Assembly: GCF_963921235.1 (NCBI RefSeq) | Contig: NC_086097.1 | Coordinates: 56,360,001 to 56,424,000, forward strand | Direction: 5' to 3' | DNA length: 64,000 bases | Source: Mobula hypostoma | Lineage: Eukaryota | Shown here: positions 1 through 13,305 of the stretch, in pieces | Position numbering within the stretch: the first letter of the stretch is position 1 | Layout: every line of letters starts with the position of its first letter | Program-made: the position numbers and the translations under genes | The notes under the pieces: generated by a model | What the model was told of the DNA's origin: nothing | What the model saw: the letters and a program-made list of their open reading frames with translations, nothing else | The model's database searches: none

Positions 1-72
1 AAAGTGTTCGGTAACAATCTGCCCCGATTAAGCAACATGGTGACCCAAAGAAATGAAGGGAACCCAGCTATT

Positions 73-156
73 TCTCGGCCCGAAACATTGACTGTACCTC
101 TTCCTAGAGATGCTGCCTGGCCTGCTGCGTTCACCAGCAACTTTGATGTGTGTTGC
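73..156 (+). mobile_element. Penelope-like element terminal fragment
   Basis: tctcggcccgaaac..gactgtacctcttcctagagatgctgcctggcctgctgcgttcaccagcaac is nearly identical to 17055-17135 and to the reverse complement of about 13306-13386. Confidence 0.8.
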
Positions 157-769
157 CAACTATTTTCTCAATTAGTTTTTATTCTTTGTTGGTCCAAATA
201 AGCAATTGCTCCGATTAACCAGAATCCACTGTGGCAATGCAATATTGATTAATGCAGAAAAAGATCTTTCACTTGCACAGAATTTTTCTTATGGATAGTT
301 CTCCAAAAGGGAACCCTTGTGTGGCCCAGGGCCTGCCTGTACTTTTGAGATAATTCTGTTGTAATTTGGAAATTACAGCTGTTATTTTGCAGGCTCCAAA
401 ATATATAAATTAACAGTAGCAATGTCATAATAATCTATTATGTTTTAGTAATGTTAACTGAAGTATAAAGATTCACTAGGAAATCACTAGCTCCCTACAT
501 CACTTCAAAATAGTTTCAGAGTATCACCTGCGCCACATGGGTGTATGGAGTGTGGTTTAACTACTTTAATTCTGCAATCCTGAGGCAGACAAATATTTTG
601 TGTTCAGGTTTCTGGAGCAGACAGGAACCCACAACCTTCTGACTAAAGGGCAGAAAAGCTACCCACTGAGCCATAGCTGACACTAATATCTCCTTGTCAC
701 CTTCGTGTATTTATTGTACAAGTATTTTCCTAGTTTGAAATACAATTAACAATGGGTACAGTAACCTTA

Positions 770-1290
770 TTTTGGCAGTCCCTCACGTTTGAGTATAACT
801 TGCTTCTACTCCAATTCTTCGGCTAAAGAGGCCAAAGTGAAACCAATTTAGTGGTGGTTGAAGGGGTGGATTAGTGGTTAGAAAAGGAAGTGGAGCACTC
901 CATCCTGCCTTTGCTGGATTTCTGTGGGCTTCTGATGTGTCTGGGTAGTCCTCCATTTTGGCTGGTCACTGGCCAGGGCTTTCTGTGTTTATTTGCATGT
1001 GTTGCATTTTCTAGGGAGGCATTGGGAACATATCTGAAGTATTTTTTTCTCTGTCCTGAGCTCTGCTGATTGCCTGTTTCAGGAGTTTGGTGTTAGGCAT
1101 GCAATTAATGTGTCCCATGCAGCAGGATTGACTGAGTGTGAATAGGGCATTAGTACTGAGGAAGTTAGCTGGAAGAGTACAGCACAGTATATTGATTTAT
1201 CTATCATGCTAGTTGGGGGGGGGGTGGGTGTTGGGGTGGTGGTTGAAGGAGTATTTGAGACACTTGGTGATGTCACACCAGTGCCTGCAT
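770..1290 (-). mobile_element. Old RTE-type LINE 3' remnant
   Basis: Degenerate C-terminal RTE-like residues and a ggcagtccctc..acttgcttc 3'-end-like motif. No intact ORF. Confidence 0.4.
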
Positions 1291-1307
1291 TGAGAGTCTA
1301 TGATCTG

Positions 1308-1309
<2 letters not shown>

Positions 1310-1369
<60 letters not shown>
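1310..1369. repeat. (CA)n microsatellite
   Basis: About 30 uninterrupted CA units. Confidence 0.99.
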
Positions 1370-1371
<2 letters not shown>

Positions 1372-1893
1372 AGATATAGCAGGACCATGAACTCTGCTTT
1401 AGGTTTGAGATATTGAACCTTGAACTCTGTTATATACACTTAAGCTAAGTCAGTGCTGACACACCAGAAGAAGGTGATAAATTTCATCATCAACACCTGG
1501 CTTATCTGATTTATAATTCTAAAGGTACAGACTTAGAAATGACCACAGATTTCTTTTGTATCTTATGTAGTCCTCTCCTTAAACTGGGTAGATTTGATTG
1601 CACAAATATTTTCTCCAATCTAGCTTGGTTGTAATCTATAAATATTCTGTATTTCTCTTAAGAGCTGTATTTACATGGTGCATTTTGGGATATTCTAAAA
1701 TACTTTGTGGCCAGAGAAATAGTTTTAAATATAGTCACCTGTATAAATTGTGGCTCCTCTTGCACAGGAAGCTGCCATAAATTTCAATTGGATAATAACC
1801 AGACTATTTTGGTTTAATCGATTATGTAAAATGCAAAGCATCTTCAATGGTCATGTGCTGGACTTAAAGAGCAAGCCATCATTACGAGTATTT

Positions 1894-2449
1894 AACACAA
1901 CCAGAAGAATTGCCATTGCCAAAACCAACTTCGAAAAAATAAAACCAACAAATTTTTACCAACATTCACATTTCTATGACAACAAGGCTTAGGCTACTAA
2001 AATGTTACATCTGGTCGATCTTGCTTTATGCTTCCAAAACATGGACTATAACACCAGAACTCCAAAGAAACTTAGAAGCAACACAAATGTGATTTCTTAG
2101 AAGAATGCTGAAAGTATCATATAGAGATAGGGTAACTAATGAGACAGTACTCCAATGTGCCCATACAAAAAGATCTTTAATGGGAACATTAAATGAGAAG
2201 CAACTTAAATTCCTGGGCCATGTCATCAGAAAGGGAGAAATAGAATGCCTTACATTACAAGGCCGTATGCCTGGGAAACGCCGAAGAGGAAGGGAAAGAA
2301 GAAAATATATGGACACTGTGAAAGATCTAACAGATCTAAGTGTGCGAGATATCATTGACGCTGCAAGGGATCATTCGATGTGGAGAGCCATGATCGCCCA
2401 AGCGTGTAACACGCAAGGCACGTGAAGAAGAAGAAGAACATGACCAGAA
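1894..2449 (+). mobile_element. 5'-truncated RTE-clade LINE with (GAA)n tail and 13-bp TSD
   Basis: RRIAIAK..RLLKCYIWSILLY..FLRRMLKVSYRDRVTNE..QLKFLGHVIRK..GKRRRGR. The stop codon runs straight into gaagaagaag. TSD aacacaaccagaa (1894-1906) / aacatgaccagaa (2437-2449). Confidence 0.88.
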
Positions 2450-5400
2450 CTCCAAGCTACTGTTGGAGTTTTGTGGAAACCCCAACAACAGAGGTTGATC
2501 AAGTACAGATTATGCCTTGTCTGATATCTAGTCAGCAAGCTGACTTATGATGTCCAGGTTGAAGCCATGGGGCAGACTGTAGTATATGTTGGGGAATTTA
2601 TTTGATGATGCTGACGCCTATTTCTCACACTGTAGGATCACTGCAATGCAGCTCTAGTGCAACAGTGTTAACACAAATGAATGTAAACGATCATCTTAAT
2701 TTGATAGGCTTTGACTAGTAATAGCTTCCCAACTGCACTTCCAGTTCAATAGTTGCTGAAGTGTGATAGCCAGGGTAGAAAATATTCAAAATTTGTTAAT
2801 GTTGAGTGAAGAATAAATATTCATTGGAAAACCTACAATATTGCTTACGGGATCCATTTAATTTAGGAGATATGAATTCATGATTTCTGATATAAAGAAG
2901 AACTCTCTGTCAATCCTGTATTCCTGAATTGCTATTGTAATTTAATGTCCAATTTATGCTGAAGAAATATTTTCAACCATTATTCACATTCTACAAGAGC
3001 TATTCTTTCCACAGGTGCCATTTAACAATTTTCTCTGTGCTGTCCTTACTCCACTTATTAATTTGCAGTATCTAAAAATGTTTTTAAAAGTATGGTTAAA
3101 ATAAAATTTCTAATAAATTTGAAAGCAGTTTTGTAAAATCTTTGCATAATTCTAGTGAGTGAATCAGAAATGCACAGAGCTACTTTTAATATTTTTTGTG
3201 TAATTTAGCACTAAACCCCATGGGGAATGCCATGTAAGTTAGCTACCCTGAAAAAGGATAAGACAGCACATATATTTTTAATGATCTGTTTGAAAATTGA
3301 ACCTGAGACATTGGTTTATCTGGATGCGTTAAATATTAATATTTGTTTGGAGGTTACGTTGATTCTTGAATTACAGCATATTGGATTAGTAGTCCTGTCA
3401 ATTGTAATTTAAAAAAAATTGATTGTTTTGCAATTTTCAGGTTCTTACTAATTATACAGTTGAAGACATTATGGACACATTATTGCCTTGGCTAATCAAC
3501 ATAAAATGGGTGATCTCCACCTCCTCAACATGCCTTGTAATTTTATTCCTGTTCTTGGTTCCTCGTTGGGGCAGATGTCCACAATTGTCAAGTGAAACAG
3601 CAAATTGCCTGCACTTTCAAGTTAATATATTAGTACTAGTTATTCTCAGAATTGTCTCTCTTATATTAGGGAAACTGAATTCTCACCACCTTGAACCTAG
3701 AATTCATATATTCAATATTGCAGGAAAGCTTTCCATATTGGAGTTGGTACTATTTTAGCATTCTGGTTTATTGGTCTTGATACTGAAGTAAAGCTCTTTT
3801 ACTGAACTCCACTTAATCTCTTCACCTTTGTGGTCAGAGAGGTGCAACCATAGTTGCATATGACTATTACAAGGATGTTTGCTTTGGCTTGAAGAAGCAA
3901 GTTAAATACTTAAAAGCCATTAAAACTCTTTGGTAATAAGACTCTCACAGCTCTGATACTTCTGAGTGTTGAAGTCTCACCATAAAGCATATACATTTCA
4001 AACACTTGCAGAAATATTATTTAGTACACTGAAGCAACACAGAGAACTAAAGATGACTTGTTAACAGATCCATCAATTTGAACTTCAGGTAATAACTAAA
4101 CATGTTCCCCCTGATTAAAACAGTATCGTGGATTTTAACAATGTCCATGTCTGCACTTAGCAAAACAAAACAAAGTTTAAGATGCAATTCTTGCAGACTT
4201 TTTGCTGCATTTTAAATCACTCTCTTGCAAAGTATTGTGCATATACTGTATATATTTATATTATTATATCTGCTTGAAATACTTAGAGAAGAAAGCCTCA
4301 AATCCTTTATTAAGTACATTCTGCTTGTTTTATTAATGAGGATAGTTGTGAGAGCCATAAACACTTTTAACCATGTGATACTCTCAAGAGCTCATTCCTG
4401 CTCTTGTTTTTTTATTGTACTTTCCAGATTTTAATATCCATGTCCGAAGTCCCAGCCAGGAAACACCTGCGGGGATTAAACTGCCATGGCTTCTAAATCA
4501 CTTGCATATTAGATATACCTTTAAAATTATATAAATCTGGTGATACGACTGGAAATGTGGAGTTAATGTTTTAGCAATATAATTCATAAATCATTTTAAA
4601 TTTTAACTTTGAGTCAGTTGCCTGCACTCAGCTTTCTTTTACGATATAGGTATGTGTACATATCTGAAACAGTTATTTAATTGCTTCATTAGCACCATCC
4701 ACACATCAATTAAGTTTCTAATTTCAGTGTAAGGAAATGTAGGGCTTGCATTTTGTGGTATTCTCTTACTCCATCCCCATTTCATATGAAATACTTTGGT
4801 AGTTAATCTCATTTTACCAATCCAAGTTGCAGTCCTAACAATTCTCTCAATTGATGTCAATTTGTCTTTGATGTCCTTTGCATCAATTTGTCATTGTAGA
4901 AAATACCTCTGGTGCAATTTAAATTTTAGTGCAATGTTAATTAATACACAGGCTTGGGTCTCATATACAAAATTTATGTCTCCTAAAGCGGTTAAGCAAT
5001 TGAGAAGCTTTTCTATATAATGTCATTATTACTGACATCAGTCAATAAATCTAAATAAGCTACTCCAAAACTGTACAAGTTGTGTAAAATTCATAACATG
5101 CAGTCATTAAATTTTGGTGTGATATTCAATGTGATTTTCTATAAATTTAAATGCTCTAAAATTTTGTCAGTAACATCATTGAAACACATGACCATTCCTG
5201 CAGAGCTCAAAACCACTTTTGCTCTCCAGATTGGATTCATCATGTTACTTGCTGTGCCCCACGTTTCCTGTTAGAGTCAGATTCCTGTAAGTGCTCATAT
5301 GTCTCCACATGTTGCCCATTGCATCACTATTAATGTGAACTTGGATAGCAAGCAGCAGCTTCTTTTCAAAAGCCTTTTGCTTTTCTGTCATCAGAATTAC

Positions 5401-6152
5401 CAGAAGTGGTCAGTAACCTGGCAGGCCTTTTTTCCGCTCCTTGCTACTCTAACTGAAAGAGGCTGCACTACCATTCAAGTATCAGACTTGAACTTCCCAT
5501 CTTGTGGTTCAGCAACAATGTTGCATCACTCAATTAACTCGGGGAAAATGCTCATCCATTGCCAATGGAATTATTTGTAGGAAAAGATTAAACTACGGGA
5601 AGGTTAATCCTTGGGCGTCGCTCAGTAAAATGGTACTGGAATATTGGAAACTGGGGTTATCTCTGAAGCTGTAGAGAAAGGTCAATGTATTTTGAGGTAA
5701 GTTTGGCACCATGTATTATTATCTAAGCATTAATTTTTGAACAAATGTGTTTCAGAATCTGGTTGAACATTAATATCTGAAGTAGTTAAATGTATTTCAT
5801 AGGAAACATCATGTAGTGATTTGGAACTTGCATTGTTTCTGCATTATGGTGTAAAGAAAAGCCTGGTCATCCAGTAACTGGGGATTCATTTGGTCCAAAT
5901 AGAAATATGTTAAAGGAGATGCTTGATTGGACCAAAAAAAATCATCTGTATTACTTCAGCTGCAATATTTAATTTCCTATTTCAATTTTTAATGCAAATC
6001 ATATGAGCTTATTACACATTAACGATGCATCAGAATTTCATAAAACATTTGCAAAATTAAGGAGTTTGTTAGAAAAATGTAATGCATTTAAAATTTGCAA
6101 AGTTCACAAATATACATTGGTTTCCACTTTTGTGGAAAATTACATTCTGAAT

Positions 6153-6258
6153 TACACTCAGTAGCCACTTTATTAGGTACACCTGCTTGTTAATACAAAT
6201 CTAATCAGTCAATCATGTGGCAGCAACTCATTGCATAAAAGTGTGGAGACATGGTCCA
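6153..6258 (+). mobile_element. Tc1-like DNA transposon terminal fragment
   Basis: ta|cactcagtagccactttattaggtacacc resembles fish Tc1 TIR starts. No partner TIR seen. Confidence 0.5.
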
Positions 6259-6264
6259 AAATCA

Positions 6265-6585
6265 TGAGGTTCAGGAAAATTTATTATCACTCAGCCATCA
6301 GGCTCCTGAACCCGAGTGGATAACTTCAGTCACCTCAACATTAAACTAATTCTACAACCTTGACTCACTTTCAAGGACCTGGCAAGTCATACTCTCAATA
6401 TTATTTATTACTTATTTACTGTATCTATTATTATGATTTTGCCTTTCTTTTTGTATTTGCACAGTTTGTAGTCTTTTTCACATTGATTGATTGTCCATCT
6501 TTGTGTGTAGTTTTACATTGGTTCTATTGTGTTTCTTTGTATTTACTGTGAATGCCCACAAGAAGATGAATCTCAGGGTATATAT
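6265..6585 (+). mobile_element. Rex1/Babar LINE 3' end, split by an LTR element (resumes 9489-9545)
   Basis: Same 3'UTR and tail (aatctcaggg..tttgataataaatt.actttgaac) as copies at 21990-22250 and 37310-37660. Confidence 0.7.
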
Positions 6586-9488
6586 TGTAATGTTGAATCA
6601 GGTTTTCAGGTCTATCAAGTGAAACAGAAAGCACTGACTATGAATGAGTATATTAATAATTTATTTACAAACAGTAAACATTCAACCAAACATTCACGTT
6701 CTCCAAGATACAGACACTAGAAAACCGAATATTCAACAAAAATACTTAGTTGAAAGCACCCACAGAACATACCTTCCCAATGGTCATGTGCACCATTTGC
6801 CTTAAACAAAGAAAGAAAGAGAAAGTACTTCTCACAAATGTTCGCTATATACCCAGGATACTTGAAACTGGACACCAGGCAGCAGTTTCCTAACTAATGA
6901 ATCACAACGGAAAGCAACTTTCAACAATCAGAAAAAGCCATGCCCCCACAAGATACCTCACCCCTCGAAAGTTGCGAACGTGATGGTACAACCCTCAAAC
7001 TAGTATGACTCTCATGAACTCTCTAAGTTACATATAAATCATGAAAGTACTATACCCAGTACTGTAAACCCTATAGTCACCCACAGTACACTACAGTAGT
7101 CCACTAGCCTCCTTGTGCCCCAAAAGGCCACTAACCCCACCTTGGAGTGTAATAGCCAATGAGCTGGTCCCTCGTTTAATCTCATACACTGACTGTCAGA
7201 TGTGATCGAGTAGGTGAGTGATATTACCTGACCTGTCAGGAATGTAAATGCAGCATTCTTGACCAGTAACAGTACAAGAGCTGCCTTTCTTTCTGAGCAG
7301 GTAATTGAAATCAGTTCCCAGGACAGTCTAGCCATATCATACTGAAAAAGGCTATCATTCAAAACATCTTTTCTTTGTAATAGCCCTTTTACTGAGCGGC
7401 ATGGTCAAGGTGCTCACCCAGGGCAATAGGGTGGCATACATACAGCACCACGTATCAACTGCCCCACACTGTTGGGACCACCGGCAGGCCTCGGAATTGC
7501 AAGTCCAGTAAACGCAATTCAGCATCCAGCAAGTGCCCACCTTCATGACACCATTTGGCATAGCCACAGCCGTCCCAGAATACTGATCCTACTCACACTC
7601 ACCATCCACCTTGCACCTTGTATCTGTACTCAGTGCACCACCCACACCAACACTCTCTCAGGTGGGAAAATCATTTTGAGAGTCAGGACCTTCCAATTCA
7701 ACAAATGGTACATAGTGAAATACCAGCCCTTAAAGCACTCACTCCACCAGGGCTATTAAGGCTGTTACCATACTCTGGGTCAGGATTGGCTGGAATAGAC
7801 ACCTCCCTCTCATCTTCCCCAAAACAGGATGCCAAAACCCACAAAGCCAGATAATATCCCCCAACAGTCTTTTCTTTGTCCTCAAAGGGATCAATATAAG
7901 TGGCATCCTTTCCGTGATGTAATAAGGAATACTCATACAAATTCAGCAATCTGACCTGTTGGTCCAGTGTGCAAGTTCAAGTGCCATCCCAGGAATGTAT
8001 CACAGGTTCTCCCATCACAAATCAGCATCCACCACCTTGCCATTCTGTAATGCAGGGAGATACAAATGCACTCACTCATGATTAGTCACTAGATATTTAG
8101 AAAACACAAAAGCAACAAAACTACTAGAATTGCTCCCCAAATGCTCAATTCCATCTGAAATGTGAGCGTCTCATATCTGGAATAAAATTGCCCAAATTTC
8201 TACCCCATCAACTCACATTCATATGGTCAGTACGAAATGTGAGTCATCCCTAAAACCAATGCATGGGGAAATAAGTAACAAAGTAACAGATTAAGACACA
8301 ATAAATGTGTAACATTGTAAAAGCAAGAAACAAAGTAACTCTCTAAACAAGCACAAGAAACAGAGTAACAAATTAGAACACAAAACACAAATTGCAGGCT
8401 GTAATCCCCCAAGGCAGGTGTGGGACTGCGTGATCTCTGGCCTAGCCTGTACTGTTTTAGACACGCAATGGAGAGGATGATCAGTTCAAGAATTAAAGCG
8501 AGGATTCCACTCTACCCTCTTTCCCTCATTTTCATCATTCAACCAGACATCCCCATCCGCCAGCCTCACTGTTCTATCATTACCTTGCCTCATCATGGCT
8601 TGACCCCAACAGGGCCGGGCTGCCAGCCAGCCTCTACAGCCTCTAAGTGCTGTAACCTCATTAGTGCACAAGCTATCTCGCTATTCTTGTTCTCTAACTT
8701 TTCAACCCTACCCTAAGCCATCAAAAATGATTCTCTCAGAATAATGCAGGGGTGACAGAGGTCCTCCAATTCATTCTTAAGACTCGCTATCATTTTATAC
8801 TGATGTCTTACAATCACTGCAAACAGCCAGAAAGCATCCTGATGGTAATTCTTTCTTCTGGGAAAACCATTGTGGAAACAATGCGGTGTTCCTTTTTAAC
8901 CCCAGCAAAATCCAACTCATCCAACCCATCTCCCGGCATCCTGTAACCCATCAGTAGGTTAGCGAGACTTCCAAACCCTCCACCCTTTGACTCTGCATCT
9001 TTCAAACAGGGTCCACTCTTTTAAATAACCTTTTAAAGAAATGTATTTCTACTCCAAAAGCTATTCCCTGCTCGCGTGCCAAAATGTAATGTTGTATCAG
9101 GTTCACAGGTCTAGCAAGCGAGAAAGAGAGCACCGATGGTGAATGAGTATATTAATCATTTATTTACAAACAAATAAAAATTTGACCAAACATTCATTTT
9201 TCCCCAAGTTACAGACTCTAGAAAGCTGAATATTCAACAAACGTACATTCAACAACATGCTTAGTTAAAAGTGCGAGCAGACCGTAGAGTCCCAATGGAC
9301 ATGGCACCGCTTTCCTTAAACAAAGGGAGAAAGAGAAGGTACTCTCACACGTGCTCTCTATGTATCCAGGATAGTTGCACACCAGGCACACCAGCCAGCT
9401 GGCCAATAGGAAAAGCAGCTGCAGTTTCTAAACTGACCAATCATGATGGAAGCGACTTTTGACAATCAGAATAAGCCACATCCCCACA
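6586..9488 (-). mobile_element. Gypsy-type LTR retrotransposon deletion derivative with both LTRs (6586-6950, 9085-9488)
   Basis: Direct repeats tgtaatgttg...ccccaca. PBS TGGCACGCGAGCAGGGA (9081-9065). Purine tract next to 6951. RNase H-like remnants SVGVGGALS and LLDAELR near 7510-7660. Confidence 0.85.
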
Positions 9489-10559
9489 GGATATGTATGG
9501 TGAGAAATATGTATTTTGATAATAAATTCACTTTGAACTTTGACAATTTATTCAGGAGCTTTAAAATGGGAAGTCTGGACAAAGGTTTTGGCTCTTTATT
9601 ATGCATTTGTGTTTCTTGGAATTGAAATAACTGACTTACTAAAGGTGCTATTATGCAGTTCCCTCAAATAAAAAAAAATATAATGCGTCAAGTAAAAACA
9701 TGCGTCAGTAATTGGCATTGAGAACAATGAATGATGTCAACAGTGGGGGAGAAATATGAAACAAATCAGGTCAAATTTGAAGCACTGCTAATTTAAATAT
9801 ACATATGATAAAGGTCCATGTTCGCTGCATATGATATTATAGTGCTTGTCAAAGTTGGAGCACTACTTACGATCTTTTAATGCTCGGGCAATAATAATAC
9901 CAACTAACTTTCTGACGACAGCAACCTGATAATTTTACAAAATTGCATGGACTAGGATATATTTCTTAAATTCCACATTATTTCATTTAATTTATGTAAA
10001 TAAGCAATTGTAGAGAATTGCTCAAATGAATACGAAAACTGTAAAAAATGCTAAATGCTAGCCTGAAGGGAACAGATTTTCACATCTATGTTGAATTTGC
10101 AGTGCTTAAATATTACCAAGTTTTTAGGAGCAAAATAAGTGTCAGGTAGCTGTCATAAACCATTTATTGAGGGTTTAGGCTCGATAAGTGCAGTGAGCAG
10201 TGATACTCTAGTGCTTGCAAATGAGACCTTAAACAGTCGTGCTGTGCTGGTTTCATTGCATTGAATGGAAGTGTCAGAATTTCTTCAAATATCAATCAAA
10301 ATTGACTAATTTGCTGATAGGTAGCTCTCACTCTGTACACATAGTTACTGGTAATATTCTAGAGTTATGTGAATATAGCAGATATTAATTCAAACAAGAG
10401 CCATTCTTCAGTTCTTAATGTGGATTGTAAATTGGAAGCAGTAAATTGAAGTTAAAAGCACACCTTTGCAAATAATCAAGCTTACCTACAAACTAAGAGA
10501 CTACTGTCATCAAAACTGTTGAAATCGCATCAATATTTTGGGTTGACAATGCTTAATTT

Positions 10560-11272
10560 GAGTTACATATCTCCAGTGGGAGACACCTCTAAGTGTTCAA
10601 ACACCTGTTGATACCTTTGATCTTAAGGGTATAAAATGTGATATACTTTTTTGTTTGTGAGACTCTACAAAGAGAGTCTCCAAGAGAATATCTGTTTGTC
10701 GTGATGAATAAAGATTTTCATATCCACAACTTCATTGTCTCTCCAGTGAGGTCAAACACAGTCACAACATTTTGGGGATTGTCCGGGATATATTTGTGAC
10801 CACTGTGTGGCCAGCGACTTCAGTCTAGGGGGGAGAGTAATTTTTTAAGAGTAGCACCCATACTTAGATCACAGAGTAGCAAAGGCCACAGCAGTGAGTT
10901 GAAAAGGTAGATATAAAACCGGTGTGTGTATGTGTGCGTGCAGTTCTGTGTTTTGTGTAAGGGACTAGACAGCACTGAGGAATTTGTTGAGATGAGCCAG
11001 CTGTTGTGAAAGGTAGTCACTGACTATTCATGATGCATGTATACGAGCTCGGGGAATCGTAAGCATGTGTTTAATTGAGTGTTTGTGAGAATCAAAGCCT
11101 AGTGCAGAAATATTAAGCTTTATACATAGAACAGATACAGAAACATCATGAGTTCAGTTACAAAGGGGGAGAACCCACAGAGGATAAACTCCATAAACTT
11201 AAGAACATTGAATGGGTACGGACAAAGCCAGGTGGATTAAAACCTGGGCCCTAGAGGAACTTGGCAGTGGTG
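10560..11272 (+). mobile_element. ERV-like 5' end: LTR, tRNA-Pro-like PBS, leader and possible gag start
   Basis: TATAAAA 10630, AATAAA 10707, LTR end ..aca 10769, PBS TGGGGATTGTCCGGGAT 10773-10789. Possible degenerate matrix W-P-x-x-G-T-W motif near 11240-11265. Confidence 0.6.
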
Positions 11273-11273
11273 G

Positions 11274-12745
11274 GAATCACAATCAGGTTTAATATCGGCA
11301 GCATATGTTGTGAAATTTGTTAACTTTGTGGCAACAGTACAATGCAATACATGATGAACATAGAAAACAAATAAATGAATTACAGTAAATATATATATAT
11401 ATATATATATATAGGTTAAATTTTAAATAGCGCAAAAACAGAAATAAAAAAGAAAAAAGCAGGTAGTGTTCATGGATTCAATTTAGGAATTGTATGGCAG
11501 AGGGGAAGAAGCTGTTCCTGAACTGAGTTCGTACCTTCAGACTTCTGTACCTCCTTCCTGATGGTAACAATGAAAAGAAGGCATGTCCTGGATGATGGGG
11601 TCCTTAATAGTGGATGTCGTCTTTCTGAGGCACCTCTCCTTGGAGATGTCTTGGATACTACGGAGGTTAGTACCTAAGATGAAGCTGACTAATTTTCCAA
11701 CTTCCTGTAGCTTCTTTTGATTCTATGCAGTGATGCAGCCTGTCAGAATGCTCTCCACGGTACATATGTAAAAATTTTGGAGTGTCTTTGGTGACGTACC
11801 AAATCTCCCCCAACTTCAAATGAAATATAGACTCTGCTGTGCCTTCTTTGTAACAGCATCGATACCTCGGGCCCAAATCAGGTCCTCAGAGCTGCAGACC
11901 CTCAGGAACTTGAAATTGCTCACCCTTTCCACTAATGATCCTTCAGTGAGGACTTTTGTTTGTTCCTCGTCTTACCCTTTCAGAAGTCCACAATCATTTC
12001 TTTGGTCTTGGAACATAGAACATAGAACATAGAAATCTACAGCACATTACAGGGCCTTCAGCCCACAGTGTTGTGCAGACATTGTATTCTACTCTAGAAA
12101 CTGCCTAGGATTACCCTACCACATAAGCCTCTATTTTTCTAAGCTCCATGTACCTACCTAAGAGACTCTTAAAAGACTCTATTGCATCCCCCTCCACCAC
12201 TGTCACCAGCAGTGTATTCCACACATCCATCACTCTGTGTGAAAAACTTACCCCTGACATCCCCTCTGTACCTATTTCCAAGCACCTTAAAACATTGTCT
12301 TACTGGCATTGAGTGCAAAGTTGTTGCTGTGACACCACTCCATGAGTTGCTCACCTCGCTCTGTACACCTTCTTGTCACCATCTAGAATTCTGACAACAT
12401 AGTTGTGTCTTCAGCAAATTTATAAGTGGCATTTGAGCTGTGCCCAGCCACTCAGTCATGGGTGTAGAGAGAGTAGATCAGTGGGCTAAGCACACATCCT
12501 TGAGGTGTGCCAGTGTTGATTGTCAGAGAGGTGATGTTATTTTTGATCCACACAGACTGTGGTCTTTCAGTGAGGATCTAATTGCAGAAGCCCAGGTTTT
12601 GGAACTTTTTGATCAGAACTGTAGGAACGATTGTGTTAAACACTGAGCTGTAGCCAATAAACAACAGTCTAAAGTAAGTATTAGTATTGTCCAGGTGATC
12701 CAAGACTGCATGAAGAGCCTATGAGATTGTATTTTCTAGAGACCT
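11274..12745 (-). mobile_element. Rex1/Babar LINE fragments with a nested CR1 3' end (about 12011-12290)
   Basis: Rex1-type C-terminus (FKFLG.., KKARQRLYF-like) and tail. CR1 (catagaa)n tail at 12011-12035. Confidence 0.75.
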
Positions 12746-13305
12746 ATGTGGCATCTCCATGTCTGATCTCTGACATCCACTGTGTACCTCAGTGGTCCAG
12801 TTCTTGTAGCATCCTACCGGATGTCCACTTGTCTTCTTGGTAATCATGTGCTAGGACTTTCTGTCCAACCTTGAAGCTCCTTGTTGATGTACTTGGCAAC
12901 TGGTGGAACTGTTTATTCTGCACTTCTCTCTGTAGGTCTGGTTTCAGGAGGTCAATGCAAGATCTCAGAATCCTGTTCATGAACAGCATTGCAGGTGTTT
13001 GATTTGTCGACACGTGAACAGAGATCCGATACACAAAAAGGAAGTTGTCCACCTTCTGCTATAGAGAAATATTCTCCTTGACCATAGCTTTAATGGAATT
13101 CTTGAAGGTTTGGATAAACCTTCCGGCTCTCCCATTCATTGCTCAGTGGTGAGGAGCTGACTTGAAATGTTTGATGCTATTTTTCTTCATGAATAGTCTG
13201 GACTCTTCCAATGTGTATTGTGGTCTGTTGTCACTCACAATTTGTTCAGGTAAGCCATTTCTGGCGAAGGTTGTCCTCAGAGCGGAAACGGTCTTTTCTG
13301 ATGTG

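Noticed and set aside
5581..5696. Plus-strand AG...GTAAGT exon-like segment, considered as an NAA30 exon
   Set aside because: Stops in all three frames and no acetyltransferase motif.
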